Made by a program: the position numbers and the translations under genes. DNA of 64,000 nt from Minisyncoccota bacterium. Its GTDB lineage: Bacteria > Patescibacteriota > Minisyncoccia > Phycocordibacterales > JABAAK01. Position 1 is the first letter of the stretch; the number at the start of each line of letters is the position of its first letter. The notes beneath the pieces are model-generated. The model did not search any database and had not been told where the DNA came from. It worked only from the letters and a program-made list of their open reading frames with translations. Where the stretch lies: the NCBI GenBank assembly GCA_963668425.1, contig OY764332.1, positions 105,241 to 169,240 of the forward strand, given 5' to 3'. This document shows positions 47,959 through 59,941 of the stretch, in pieces.

Positions 47959-48546
47959 ATGATGACATTTAAAGAAAAAATTTACTTACTATTGTTAGAT
48001 AAGTGCAATTTGATGACTATATCTATGGCAGTTATTGCTGTTATATCTGTTACTATAATTTGCTCACCATCTGTTTTGAAATATGCTATTGGCCATACCT
48101 TATTGCAATATGTTTTTCCAGCATCCGCTGCAATATCTACAGCATGTCTTGCTTTTTTTACTTATTTAAATTACAGAATAAAGCTTAATGGTGTAGTATT
48201 GTTCATTTGCAGAGAATCTGGTTTGTATGACCACCTTAAGGCGAAAAGAGCGATAGATGGAAAGTCAGAGCAGTACTTATATATTCAAGTCAATAATGCA
48301 TGCAGGAATGCCATCACTCTTTCCATTTTCAAAAGTGATAATGGCTTTGAAATGCCACTTGCAAGTAAAAAAGAAAGTGATGCGTTTAGTTTTAATTGGA
48401 TAATAGAAGCAGGCAAACGTCATCATAATTTATTTTCAATAGATACAAAACAATTTGAGACACTCAAAAAGAGTAAGTATCTATATGTCATAGACTTTTC
48501 AGGCAAGCCGTATAAGTTATCTCTGCCCGACCAACCTGCAAAATAG
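47959..48546 (+). CDS. hypothetical membrane protein
   Basis: 195 aa with N-terminal TM helices. Preceded by a 260-bp region of over 80% AT. Confidence 0.45.
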   Translation: MMTFKEKIYLLLLDKCNLMTISMAVIAVISVTIICSPSVLKYAIGHTLLQYVFPASAAISTACLAFFTYLNYRIKLNGVVLFICRESGLYDHLKAKRAIDGKSEQYLYIQVNNACRNAITLSIFKSDNGFEMPLASKKESDAFSFNWIIEAGKRHHNLFSIDTKQFETLKKSKYLYVIDFSGKPYKLSLPDQPAK

Positions 48547-48888
48547 CACTGACATGAATGAGTGAAATGCCCCTGGCGAAGGTGGATATGCTCCAAGTTA
48601 ATGCCTTCATGGACCAAAACCTCTATATTGCAATATACTCTTGTCGTAAACCTCACTATACACCAAGCGACAATAATGTGCCAATAAATATCGTCAGCTT
48701 CCCGACTGCGGTGTGGCAATTATTTTACCTAATAAATATATTAGGTTAAAATCTGCCACAACTTCTTGAGGTAAGGTATGCTTTTTGCCTTTTCTTCGAG
48801 TGTTTCTTTTTTTATTTTCTGCTCAAGCCATTTTTTTGTGATCTCATCGCACCCCTACTACCTTTTTATCACATGGCAACATATTTAT

Positions 48889-49755
48889 CTAAAACCCCTC
48901 TTTTTGCAGATCTTTTAGTATTTCTTTTGCCTTTTTGCTGAGTTTTTTGGGGTATGCGATGTGGCAGAATACAATCAATCGGTCGTTGCCTGCTGGTCGT
49001 GGTATTCCTTTTCCTTGAAATACAATATGGGTTCCCTCTCTGCTCATTTCTGGCACTGTTACTGCGAGTGTGTTGCCCCGTATGTCCTGTATTTCTTTTG
49101 TGGTGCCGAGCACTGCCTCACTCGGTGTTAGCTGTAGTGGGCATACCACATCGCCACCTTGGCGTTCAAACACTGGGTGTCTTTGCACTCGTATCTGTAT
49201 GAATAGGTCTCCTGGTGCTGATTGCCCGTCTTTTGATATCTCTCCTTTTCCTGCGTACTGCAGTCGTGCTCCCGGCTCTATTCCTGCCGGTATCTGTACC
49301 TCAATTGTCTCGGATGCTTTTCTTCGGTATGGTATGGTGAATTGTTTTGTTGTGCCGAATATTGACTCTTCAAATGAGATAGTTAGGTCAATCTGTATAT
49401 TCGCTCCACGGTTCATTGCTTCACGAAACATTGCTTTACGGTTCATTATTTCACGAAACATCTGGTTAATGGCATCGTCAAAGCCACCCGCACTACCGCC
49501 GAAATCAAACCCCTCAAAGCCAGAGGTGTCAGAGCCACCTGCACCTGCGCTTCGTGGGTCCACTCCGGCGTCATACTGTGCCCTTTTTTGTTGATTGCTC
49601 AATATTTGATATGCCTCATTCACTTCTTTGAATTTATTCACGTCACCTCCTTTTTTATCAGGATGATACTGATGTGCTAATGTACGAAACGCCTTTTGAA
49701 TATCCTCTTGGGATGCTCCTCTGTCAACACCGAGTATCTTGTAGTAATCTTTCAT
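48889..49755 (-). CDS. dnaJ: DnaJ-family co-chaperone (J domain; lacks Cys-rich zinc finger)
   Basis: MKDYYKILGV...HQYHPDK J domain, G/F-rich region, C-terminal substrate-binding domains, no CxxCxGxG repeats. Internal 8-aa duplication AMFREAMN. Confidence 0.8.
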   Translation of the reverse strand: MKDYYKILGVDRGASQEDIQKAFRTLAHQYHPDKKGGDVNKFKEVNEAYQILSNQQKRAQYDAGVDPRSAGAGGSDTSGFEGFDFGGSAGGFDDAINQMFREIMNRKAMFREAMNRGANIQIDLTISFEESIFGTTKQFTIPYRRKASETIEVQIPAGIEPGARLQYAGKGEISKDGQSAPGDLFIQIRVQRHPVFERQGGDVVCPLQLTPSEAVLGTTKEIQDIRGNTLAVTVPEMSREGTHIVFQGKGIPRPAGNDRLIVFCHIAYPKKLSKKAKEILKDLQKEGF

Positions 49756-49773
49756 ATTTGTAGTATAGAGGGG

Positions 49774-51681
49774 TTATTCCTCTTTTTGTTCTCCTGCCTT
49801 GTCGTCTTCTTTGTCAGTGTCATTGCTACTGCTTTCGGAGGTGTCCTTGTCACTGGGGGTTTCGGTGCCGTCAGTGTCTGCTGTTTGTCCTTCGGTGCTT
49901 GCCTGTCGGTGCTTTGCAAATACTCCTGATGCTTCTGTGATTGCCTGTTGGATTGTTTCTTTGTCATCTTTTTCTTTTTCGGCGCGTAGTTTTGTTATTG
50001 CATCTTCTACTTCTTTCTTTGCGTCAGCAGACAAATTGTCCTGTTTTGCAATTTTCTCTCCTTCGTACACTGCCTGCTCTGCGATATTTTGCACTTCAAT
50101 TAACTCTTTTTTCTTTATATCTTCATCGGCGTGTGCTTCGGCACTTTGTTTCATCTGCTCTATATCTTCATCTGAGAGTCCTGATCGCGCTTCTATTTTT
50201 ATGGACTGTGTTTTGTTTGTTTTTTTGTCTTTTGCGGTAACATTTAGGATGCCATCTGTATCTAAATCAAACTCAACTTCAATTTGTGGCATACCTCGTG
50301 GCGCATTGTCAATTCCGTCCAGGATAAACCGTCCCAAACTCTTGTTATCTGTTGCCATAGACCGTTCTCCCTGCACAATGTGTATCTCAACTGAGGGTTG
50401 GTTATCAGCTGCCGTGGAAAATACTTGTGAGGCACTGGTCGGCAATGTGGTGTTTTTCTCAATCACCTTTGTTGCGACACCGCCGAGTGTCTCAATGCCA
50501 AGTGACAGTGGTGTAACATCCAGCAGTAATACATCTCGCACATCACCGCTTAAAATACCTCCTTGAATAGCCGCGCCTAACGCCACCACCTCATCAGGAT
50601 TAATAGATCGATTTGGCTGCTTGCCGAAGAGGTCTTCAACTGCTTTGATTACTGCTGGCATTCGTGTTTGCCCTCCGACTAAAATGACTTCGTTCACATC
50701 GGAAACTGAAGCAGACGCGTCAGAGAGTACCCCTTTTGTAATCTCTAGTGTTTTGTCAATATACCGCTTTGCCAACTCTTCTAATTTTGCACGTGTTAGT
50801 GTTATAAGTAGGTGTTGTGGTCCGGCAGAAGTGGACGTGATAAACGGAATGTTAATCTCTGTTTCTTGTGACTGTGATAATTCTTTCTTTGCCCGCTCAA
50901 CCTCTTCATCAAGCCGCTGTACCGCTAATGAGTCCTCAGATAGGTCAACACCGCTCTCTTTTTTATATTCGGCAACCACATAGTTTAATACCTCACGGTC
51001 AATATCCCGTCCGCCGAGGTGTGAATCCCCACCTGTTGATTTCACCTCAACTATATCATCTCCGACTTGCAAGATAGACACATCAAAGGTACCGCCACCA
51101 AAATCAAACACGGCGATTTTTTCATTTTTCTTTTTGTCAAACCCGTATGCGAGTGCGGCAGCGGTTGGCTCGTTAATAATTCGCTTTACCTCAAGACCGG
51201 CGATTTTTCCTGCGTCTTTGGTTGCCTTTCGCTGTGCATCATTAAAATATGCTGGAGTGGTAATCACTGCCTCGGTTACACTTCCGCCCAGTCGCGCTTC
51301 AGCGTCTTCTTTTAGTTTTCGTAGTACCATGGCTGATACTTCTTCTGGGCTATACTCTTTATCTCCAAGCACTACTGACACTCCTCCGGTTGATGACTTT
51401 TTTACTGAAAATGATGCATTTTTGACATCTTCCTGCACTGCCTTGTCATCAAATGCGTGTCCGATAAATCGCTTAATTCCGTATACGGTATTGGCTGGAT
51501 TCGTAACCGCTTGTCGTCGTGCGGCAACACCCACCAATCGTTCTTTTGTTTTTGCGATAGCAACAACAGAGGGGGTCGTTCTTGCCCCTTCGGCATTTTC
51601 TAAAATCTCAGGACCCGATGACTCCATCACTGCAACCGCAGAGTTCGTTGTCCCTAAATCTATCCCTATAATCTTGCTCAT
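49774..51681 (-). CDS. dnaK: molecular chaperone DnaK (Hsp70)
   Basis: [41 protein letters not shown]. Start placed at ATG 51681. TATTATACAT -10-like directly upstream. Confidence 0.95.
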   Translation of the reverse strand: MSKIIGIDLGTTNSAVAVMESSGPEILENAEGARTTPSVVAIAKTKERLVGVAARRQAVTNPANTVYGIKRFIGHAFDDKAVQEDVKNASFSVKKSSTGGVSVVLGDKEYSPEEVSAMVLRKLKEDAEARLGGSVTEAVITTPAYFNDAQRKATKDAGKIAGLEVKRIINEPTAAALAYGFDKKKNEKIAVFDFGGGTFDVSILQVGDDIVEVKSTGGDSHLGGRDIDREVLNYVVAEYKKESGVDLSEDSLAVQRLDEEVERAKKELSQSQETEINIPFITSTSAGPQHLLITLTRAKLEELAKRYIDKTLEITKGVLSDASASVSDVNEVILVGGQTRMPAVIKAVEDLFGKQPNRSINPDEVVALGAAIQGGILSGDVRDVLLLDVTPLSLGIETLGGVATKVIEKNTTLPTSASQVFSTAADNQPSVEIHIVQGERSMATDNKSLGRFILDGIDNAPRGMPQIEVEFDLDTDGILNVTAKDKKTNKTQSIKIEARSGLSDEDIEQMKQSAEAHADEDIKKKELIEVQNIAEQAVYEGEKIAKQDNLSADAKKEVEDAITKLRAEKEKDDKETIQQAITEASGVFAKHRQASTEGQTADTDGTETPSDKDTSESSSNDTDKEDDKAGEQKEE

Positions 51682-51865
51682 ATATGTATTATGTATAATA
51701 GTATTTTTATATAAAAACAGCAATTCCCCATCTATTTTTCCACGGGCAATCGCATATTGTTTAGTATAACAATAAATTTGTCTTTTCTTCAACTTTTTAT
51801 TGAGAATTTAATAATCTGATTTGAATATTTTATAGGTTTTTTGTATACTGCGCTGTAAAAACAAC

Positions 51866-52513
51866 ATGACGGATATTTTTATAGATGAGAGTGGAAACTT
51901 AGGGAAAGGTGAGCAGTTTTTTATCATAGCAGCAGTTCAGTTTGAATCAGATGATGATTATAAGAAGTGGAAAAATCTTGCAAAAAGAGTTATAAAAAAT
52001 AAAAATAATTTAAGAGAAATAAAATCCTCTGCAATGGATTATGACTCAAAGAAAGAAATTTTACAGCAGATCAAGAAGAGGAATATACGATTTACTGTTT
52101 GGCTTGGTATTATTGACACAAATCATAAGCGCTATAAAGAGAGATTTATTTTGAAGAATAACTCTAAAGAACTTGCCTTCAATTACACTTTGAAAAAGAT
52201 GTTTGAAAGATGTATTGCAAAAAATATTCAAAAGAGGCATATAGTTGTATGTGTTGACCAGCGAAACACAAAAACTGGTTCAAGATATTCATTGAAGGAT
52301 TACCTAAATGTGGAGTTTATTCATAACCAATCAATTACATTACAGAGTGTTTCTATTGAGTACTGCGATTCCAAAAGGAGTTATGGTGTTCAGTTATCAG
52401 ATTTGGTTGCAAATATCACTTATACTAAGTTTGAATACAATAAATCAAACCATCTTTTTGAGACATATATAAAACCTAAAATATTGGGAGAGTGCAGTTA
52501 TCCAGAATGTTGA
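51866..52513 (+). CDS. DUF3800 family protein
   Basis: N-terminal MTDIFIDESGNLG matches the DUF3800 hallmark (h-Y/F-h-D-E-S-G). Confidence 0.6.
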   Translation: MTDIFIDESGNLGKGEQFFIIAAVQFESDDDYKKWKNLAKRVIKNKNNLREIKSSAMDYDSKKEILQQIKKRNIRFTVWLGIIDTNHKRYKERFILKNNSKELAFNYTLKKMFERCIAKNIQKRHIVVCVDQRNTKTGSRYSLKDYLNVEFIHNQSITLQSVSIEYCDSKRSYGVQLSDLVANITYTKFEYNKSNHLFETYIKPKILGECSYPEC

Positions 52514-52523
52514 TGTTGTAAAA

Positions 52524-52606
52524 AACGAAAAAGATCCCTGACGGACCTTTCTCTAAGCAACTTATGTTTCGGTGCCGTGATACGACACTTAACCGGCATT
52601 ACGCTT
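52524..52606. repeat. inverted-repeat element, copy 2
   Basis: Reverse complement matches 45755-45838 with 5-6 mismatches. Confidence 0.85.
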
Positions 52607-52855
52607 GGGTCTCCACATAAGGTTTATGCCTACTACTACTATACCTTTTTATCTTTATATTTTCAACGGTATGCGAGATATGTGGAAAATATTGTACCCT
52701 CTCTTGAAGTATTAAAAAGATAGGTTGCCTTTGTCCATGCGTTTGCTATATGCTCACCATTATGCTGTGATATGTGCTTGTTGAAAAGTGTATACATTTT
52801 TTACTACTTCCTTTATACTGGTTGTGTATATAAAGTTTATTGGTGGATTACCATT

Positions 52856-53056
52856 ATGAAACATTTTCTAAATAAAATTAAAGCTATATTTACTGATACT
52901 CAGACAAATGCAAATAAGACAGGTGTTGCTGATGTTACTAGTAATCAAAGTGCGGGCAAGTTGAGTCCAGAAGAGAGGGAGCGGAGAATTAAGCACGCCG
53001 CTGAGTATACTGTTAAAGAATATGGGAGTGTCATTGAACGACTCGCAAAAGAGTAG
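52856..53056 (+). CDS. putative antitoxin (partner of Doc/Fic toxin)
   Basis: 66-aa ORF. Its stop TAG is followed after 1 nt by the ATG of the Doc-family gene. Confidence 0.45.
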   Translation: MKHFLNKIKAIFTDTQTNANKTGVADVTSNQSAGKLSPEERERRIKHAAEYTVKEYGSVIERLAKE

Positions 53057-53057
53057 C

Positions 53058-53489
53058 ATGAATTTCTTTACTAAGGGAGATCTGTTGCTTTTGTATGAGG
53101 AAGAATATAATACGCAGTATGTAACTGGCGGGCTTTTTGGTGCGTTTCTACCTACAGAAAAAGAACAGTGGGCAGAGCAAATGTTTTCAGCGCAGCAGAC
53201 CGTGCAGACAAGAGTGAGTATGGTTGGCGGTACTGTGCATGAGGCAGCGGCTCGCCTTATGTTCTGTATTATCAAAGGGCACAAACTTGCTGACGGCAAT
53301 AAACGCTCGTCCATTCTTTGTATGATTGGGTTCTATAGATTAAACAACTATAAGTTTAAATCTAATAAAGACGATCTCTACAATAAAACAAAAGAAGTGG
53401 CAGCATTGGACTCTCAGACAATAGATGATGAAAAAGAGATTGTTAACCTCACCAAATTTCTTGAAGATAACACTGAGTCCTTTGAATAA
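53058..53489 (+). CDS. Fic/Doc family toxin (Doc-type)
   Basis: HKLADGNKRSS matches the Doc/Fic motif HxFx(D/N)GNKR. Size about 143 aa as for Doc. Confidence 0.7.
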   Translation: MNFFTKGDLLLLYEEEYNTQYVTGGLFGAFLPTEKEQWAEQMFSAQQTVQTRVSMVGGTVHEAAARLMFCIIKGHKLADGNKRSSILCMIGFYRLNNYKFKSNKDDLYNKTKEVAALDSQTIDDEKEIVNLTKFLEDNTESFE

Positions 53490-53509
53490 CCGATATGTGT
53501 ACCTGCCTG

Positions 53510-54136
53510 CTATTGTGAAATAGTTGCGCTTGCGGGCTGGACAGTGTCTACTGTAGGGACAGTGACTATTGTGTTTGCCTGGATTTTTGCTCTTACATTT
53601 GAGACGGTACTCGCTACATCAGCATTAGTCAAGGTATAGCCGGTAAAGTGCTTCTCCTTATTTGCACCGATTGTAAGGTCGTGCGCGATGTCGTCGTCTA
53701 TGATAAAGCCGTCTTTATCAAGCCACTCTATTCTGGCGGTAAATGACTTGCTGCTATCAGCGTCATTTTTTACTGTCAAAATCCATGAGAATTTGTAGTA
53801 GGCATCATTCTTTTCTGTAATTTTTGTGGCGATATTTACTATTTGTATACTTGGCTCTTGTGTCTGTGGTGTTACCTCTTCTGACGTGTTCCCTGCCGAC
53901 TGTGTTTTTGCTATCCATGCGCGGTTTCGCTCGGCAACAATGTTGTGTATGTTGCTTAAGATGTACTGGATGCCATTTGAACTGGTCAGTAGCCCTTGTA
54001 GCCATGATTCACACTGTGTCCTCGTCTGACTCTGCACACCTCCAACCAGCAAGCCAAAAACTGCCACAATAGAAAGCACAAAACCAATACACACACCAAG
54101 TAGTATATTCTTATGTAACATCTTCATTACCGGCAC
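53510..54136 (-). CDS. hypothetical membrane-anchored protein
   Basis: 208 aa, N-terminal TM. Confidence 0.45.
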   Translation of the reverse strand: MPVMKMLHKNILLGVCIGFVLSIVAVFGLLVGGVQSQTRTQCESWLQGLLTSSNGIQYILSNIHNIVAERNRAWIAKTQSAGNTSEEVTPQTQEPSIQIVNIATKITEKNDAYYKFSWILTVKNDADSSKSFTARIEWLDKDGFIIDDDIAHDLTIGANKEKHFTGYTLTNADVASTVSNVRAKIQANTIVTVPTVDTVQPASATISQ

Positions 54137-54360
54137 TATACCCTACAAAACACCGAAGTTTTATCATTATCCCCACTTTCTGTACTACACATAGCATCAA
54201 AGTCAGTCGCAGGCTGCCTTTCCTATTACCCGAGAAAAGTGCAAAAAGTCGGGTATTAGTGGTATACTACAGCTACACTTAATTAAACAAGGAACACCTT
54301 CGCTTTTTAGCGAAGGTGTTCCTTTTACTCAACTCAAAAGGCCTCTTTCTTTTCAATACT

Positions 54361-55359
54361 TTAGTGCACAGGCCATATATAGTCCTTTGTTTCTCTCTCT
54401 TTCCATGCCTTTATGTGCTGAGGGGTGTCGTCGGTAGCGAATTTCCAGAGGTCGTGACGAGTGCCACCAATTCCTACCACACCTTTATCATGTTTTATGG
54501 TCTCTTTTTCTCTCATACAGACGTACTGGACACCATCATTGCTTGACGCTTCAAGCATTGGAAGCCATTTCTCTTCAGAAACCTCACGACAGTCAACTGA
54601 ATCAGATTCAACAGATGCATATCCTTTCACTGTTGTGTTTCGGACAATCATTAGAGGAGATAGTATCTCCCATACACGTTTACCCTTGGTTGCCCTCACG
54701 CAGATGTAGAAGATGCCATCTTCTTTAAGGTCACCAACCTTTAGTATTTTCGATCTGTAGGTTACTTCTTCACATGATTTCTTTTTGGTAAGTGCATATT
54801 TAATCTTTTTTGTTTTAACTCTTACAGTAAATTCTGGGGCAGATATAAGTGGTGCTTTCTTGTTCCGCATCTCATCTTCAGTGATTAATCCCTCGTGCCC
54901 GCGACTAAAACCATTATTTGCTGCAACACCAATAAACCTTGGTTCTCCATCTTTCTTCAAGAACAGTTTTTTGGTTTTATTCTTCTCCAGATCAGCTAGG
55001 TGTTCTATAATGTCTTCAATGGTCCAGTCCGCTGGAAACGAAGGAGGCAAGTTGAACCCATCCCCCTCATCATCAGTAGCATCCTCATCAATATCATCTG
55101 CGCTAACAGTTGTCTGAGTATCATCGGTGGTTTGTGCAACCTCAGCAGTAGTTTGTGTAGAATCAGTAGTATCTTCATCAGTAGCGTCCTCATCATCAAT
55201 AGTATTCTCATCAACGGTTTGTGTAGAATCATCAGTGGTTCGTGGAAGTCCAACAACGGTCTGTGCAGATACGGTGAACACGCTCGCAGATGTTATTGCA
55301 CATATCGTCAATATCACTGCCAAAGAAATACTTTTTCTTTTCATTATTAAGTTTGACAT
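54361..55359 (-). CDS. hypothetical secreted protein with acidic D/T/E-rich repeats
   Basis: Signal peptide. Low-complexity acidic region (DDTQTTVSADDIDEDATDDEGDG). C-terminal folded domain. Confidence 0.5.
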   Translation of the reverse strand: MSNLIMKRKSISLAVILTICAITSASVFTVSAQTVVGLPRTTDDSTQTVDENTIDDEDATDEDTTDSTQTTAEVAQTTDDTQTTVSADDIDEDATDDEGDGFNLPPSFPADWTIEDIIEHLADLEKNKTKKLFLKKDGEPRFIGVAANNGFSRGHEGLITEDEMRNKKAPLISAPEFTVRVKTKKIKYALTKKKSCEEVTYRSKILKVGDLKEDGIFYICVRATKGKRVWEILSPLMIVRNTTVKGYASVESDSVDCREVSEEKWLPMLEASSNDGVQYVCMREKETIKHDKGVVGIGGTRHDLWKFATDDTPQHIKAWKERETKDYIWPVH

Positions 55360-55485
55360 ATTTATTTTTTATTTTTAATAAAGTACTAAAAGTTCATATC
55401 TGTGTACATATCTATATTAGCACAAAAAACTTACAAGAGTAAGTAAAAGGAGGGGCTATACCCTCCTTTTTATTATAGTTCTAAA

Positions 55486-55908
55486 TTATTTCCTTTTGTG
55501 AATTTCATGATTGAGATCTATAAGCACTATATTGAATACCCCTTTCCATTGGTATCCGAAGATGCGTATCTCTTGTGTTACTGAAAGGTATGATGGATAA
55601 TACTCTTCTCCATTTGAATAATCTGCTTCTTTAGCACATGCATTTTTTATAACTTCTTTAACCTTTTTGTCTTTTATTTCTTTTATCGGATTTGCTTGAT
55701 TTCCACTATAGAGATATTCTGATTTTTGCACTTCTTTCCACTTTCGTCTTTCAAGATTTTTTAATGCTTCAACCACTTCTGCTATTTTTTTAAAATTTTC
55801 TTTCTCCAGTTTTACACTCTTCAATTTTGGTGGGTTGTAATTGTAGTTAATCCTTTCAAATGAGTATTTAAAATCTTCTTCTGTAAATTTAGGATCAATT
55901 ACTGGCAT
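55486..55908 (-). CDS. hypothetical protein, candidate toxin partner of the Panacea-domain protein
   Basis: 141 aa from internal ATG. Overlaps or abuts the upstream Panacea-domain gene. Confidence 0.4.
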   Translation of the reverse strand: MPVIDPKFTEEDFKYSFERINYNYNPPKLKSVKLEKENFKKIAEVVEALKNLERRKWKEVQKSEYLYSGNQANPIKEIKDKKVKEVIKNACAKEADYSNGEEYYPSYLSVTQEIRIFGYQWKGVFNIVLIDLNHEIHKRK

Positions 55909-56410
55909 ACTCTTCAGATAATATCGGTTTGTAGTACTTCTGTATTGCTTTTTGTGGAATGACAATATCCTGCTCTCCGTTTTCTACCCTTTTTTTATAA
56001 TGTTTCCATGGCTGTTTGTGTGAGTGAGTGATTTCCATAAGTCGTACCGCTGAGTAACCACCGAAGGTCTCTAATACTTCGCTGACTATCTTTTTATCTT
56101 CATTTGGCACATTGATATCATGCTTCTTTACTTCTGCCTTGGGCAATGGATTGTTTTTATATTCCTTATACTCTTCATATACCTCCTTTACCACCGGCCC
56201 GTATTTCCATGCACATATATCTTCTTCAAACATTGGTCTATCCAACTTAGCTAATGAAAATGCTTGGCAGAAATATAGGAGTTTCTGCAATTTTAGATTT
56301 GATACACCCTCTGAGACCCCTTCATCAATTTCTTTATCTTTGCTATAGAATGCAGTGATGATGTATTTAGCCACATCTGTAGCAGATAGGGTGTTTGTGT
56401 TTGTTTCCAT
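55895..56410 (-). CDS. Panacea domain (DUF4065, SocA/GepA-like) antitoxin-type protein
   Basis: KLQKLLYFCQAFSLAKLDRPMFEEDICAWKYGPVVKEVYEEYKEY matches the Panacea consensus (KL.KLLYFa....G.PlF...f.AW..GPV...vY). Confidence 0.65.
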   Translation of the reverse strand: METNTNTLSATDVAKYIITAFYSKDKEIDEGVSEGVSNLKLQKLLYFCQAFSLAKLDRPMFEEDICAWKYGPVVKEVYEEYKEYKNNPLPKAEVKKHDINVPNEDKKIVSEVLETFGGYSAVRLMEITHSHKQPWKHYKKRVENGEQDIVIPQKAIQKYYKPILSEEYASN

Positions 56411-56600
56411 GTGTCTATAGTTGTTGTTTAGTATAGCATGTTACACAAGCATTCCCCTGTTTGAGCATTGTGTTTCAAGATAGTATTTAGATGTTTTTTT
56501 TGACTTATCTTGTTATTTCCTGTATACTATATATAGTATCTTTCTGTCGTATCCTACCTATACCATATAACATAACCTTAATTAGGAAAGGAAACTTCTA

Positions 56601-57143
56601 ATGAAATATGTGCTGTTGCTTCTTTCTTTGTGCATTTTTGCGTTTGGCTGTGGTCAAGAGGGTGGTGTCCAGACACTCATGACTACCGCTGAAACATCGG
56701 TAATCAAAAATGATACCTCTTCTGATGATGTGCCAACTCAAGAGGAGGCGTATGACATGACTATTGACATTTTGACCGCTGTGACGATAGATCGTCTTGT
56801 CGCACGTGAGGCCCTTGACCCTGAAGACCCAGATTATGAGACCCTCATGGACGCTGTGTATGATGAAGCACTGATTCGTGAGGCCGGTTTTTCTCTCTCT
56901 TTTTTGAGAGAGACGTTGCGTCCGATCGTTGCTGATGTGCACGGCATTGTCGTTGAAGAAGAATTTGACCTTGGACTGACCGGAGAGTATGTGTATCTTG
57001 GGTTTCTACACCCAAACAGTAGTCAAGAAGCGCTTCTTCTTTTGTTCAGAGAATCTGTAGAACGTGAAGAAGAGCGGATTCAAACTCTTCATATTGTTGT
57101 TCTTGATCAGGTGTCGGAACAACGCACCCCACAAGAAAACTAA
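56601..57143 (+). CDS. putative lipoprotein
   Basis: MKYVLLLLSLCIFAFGCGQ lipobox. Acidic. Confidence 0.45.
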   Translation: MKYVLLLLSLCIFAFGCGQEGGVQTLMTTAETSVIKNDTSSDDVPTQEEAYDMTIDILTAVTIDRLVAREALDPEDPDYETLMDAVYDEALIREAGFSLSFLRETLRPIVADVHGIVVEEEFDLGLTGEYVYLGFLHPNSSQEALLLLFRESVEREEERIQTLHIVVLDQVSEQRTPQEN

Positions 57144-57476
57144 TGGGGTATATCAAGATCGTATGTATTATACATACGGTCTTTTTTTATACAAAATATT
57201 TTTCTCTTCCGTGGTGACGCAAACTCAACCAGTGTTTGACATAAGTTAAAAAATCTATTATAATATTGTTCAGTGTGTTCGTTTTTATGTACTATATGTA
57301 ATTTTGATTTGAGGAGGTAAATATCGTGGAACTTTTTTGGTTTTTTGCTTTCAAGTTTTTGTCAGTCTTAGCGCGCGTGGGTATTGTTTGGGCGGTTGCT
57401 ATCACATTCTCTTCCAGATGTCGCAAGATATGGACGAACATTCTGGACAAAATATTTTATTAAGCAGGAGAACTAT

Positions 57477-57806
57477 ATGGACTACTATGCGCCGGTGCAG
57501 TTGTATGCCTTACTGGCAATTGGCCTTGCACTCTACTCTGCCACAATGTCAAGATTGGCACTCAGGTATCCGCTTCCTGACAACACGAAGATGTTTGCTG
57601 GAGCTGATTTCCTCCTTTTTGTTACTTGGATACCATTGGCGATGTATCAAGTAGCATTGTTTGCTAACATGTCTTCCGAAATAATTCCCTATCACGATGT
57701 GTCAGATAGCGCGATCCGGCTCTATAAACGGATTGCTTACTTTTCCCACGTGGTAATTGTGTATCTGCTCTTTTTCTGGATGCCTGCTTTTTCTAAAGTA
57801 AGGTGA
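57477..57806 (+). CDS. hypothetical membrane protein
   Basis: AGGAG RBS 7 nt upstream of ATG 57477. Three TM helices. Confidence 0.45.
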   Translation: MDYYAPVQLYALLAIGLALYSATMSRLALRYPLPDNTKMFAGADFLLFVTWIPLAMYQVALFANMSSEIIPYHDVSDSAIRLYKRIAYFSHVVIVYLLFFWMPAFSKVR

Positions 57807-57840
57807 TATAAGTAATGTTGTAGTGCAACACCACTCCCAA

Positions 57841-57927
57841 AAGGAGCGACCAATGGTCGCTCCTTATTGTATTTTATAAGGAACACCTCCACTGGAGCAG
57901 AAGCGATCTAACGCTTCTGCTTTTTTT
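57841..57927 (+). terminator. two tandem intrinsic terminators
   Basis: AGGAGCGACC-aatg-GTCGCTCCT plus T-rich at 57841-57876. GCAGAAGCG-atctaa-CGCTTCTGC plus T7 at 57896-57927. Confidence 0.7.
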
Positions 57928-58084
57928 ATATACATTTATATACATTTCACACTCTTGGGCATACGCCCGGCACGCACAACATTTATATAACAACTTTCTC
58001 TTGCTCCAGCCGTCCCGGTTTCGCATATCCGGGAGAGCGAGTACGATTTACGGACATAGTACCATTGTCCCAATCACTCAAGAA

Positions 58085-59590
<1,506 letters not shown>

Positions 59591-59941
59591 AAAACGGTTG
59601 GAGCAAGAGAAAATTGTCAATCAATTATCTCTTGCAGCTATTGTTTGTTGTGTTGCATAGTTTCGTATAGTAAATATAAAAAACTATAGATAGAAAAATT
59701 GTAAGGATCATCATCGCTCTCTTAACACAAATTGTACACGCACATTTACTAAAACACACTACATTGAGATATGCGTTTATATAGTATACCACAGTTATAC
59801 GCATGAAAATAGCAATTTGGTTGCTTTTGCACAATGGACTTGGTGCCGGAAAAATAAAAGATTGCGTGGTTTTCTGTGACGGTCTATAGTTTTTGGCTGT
59901 TTGTTGCCACAAATCAGTGCCCTGCTTGCAATGTCTTTGCT

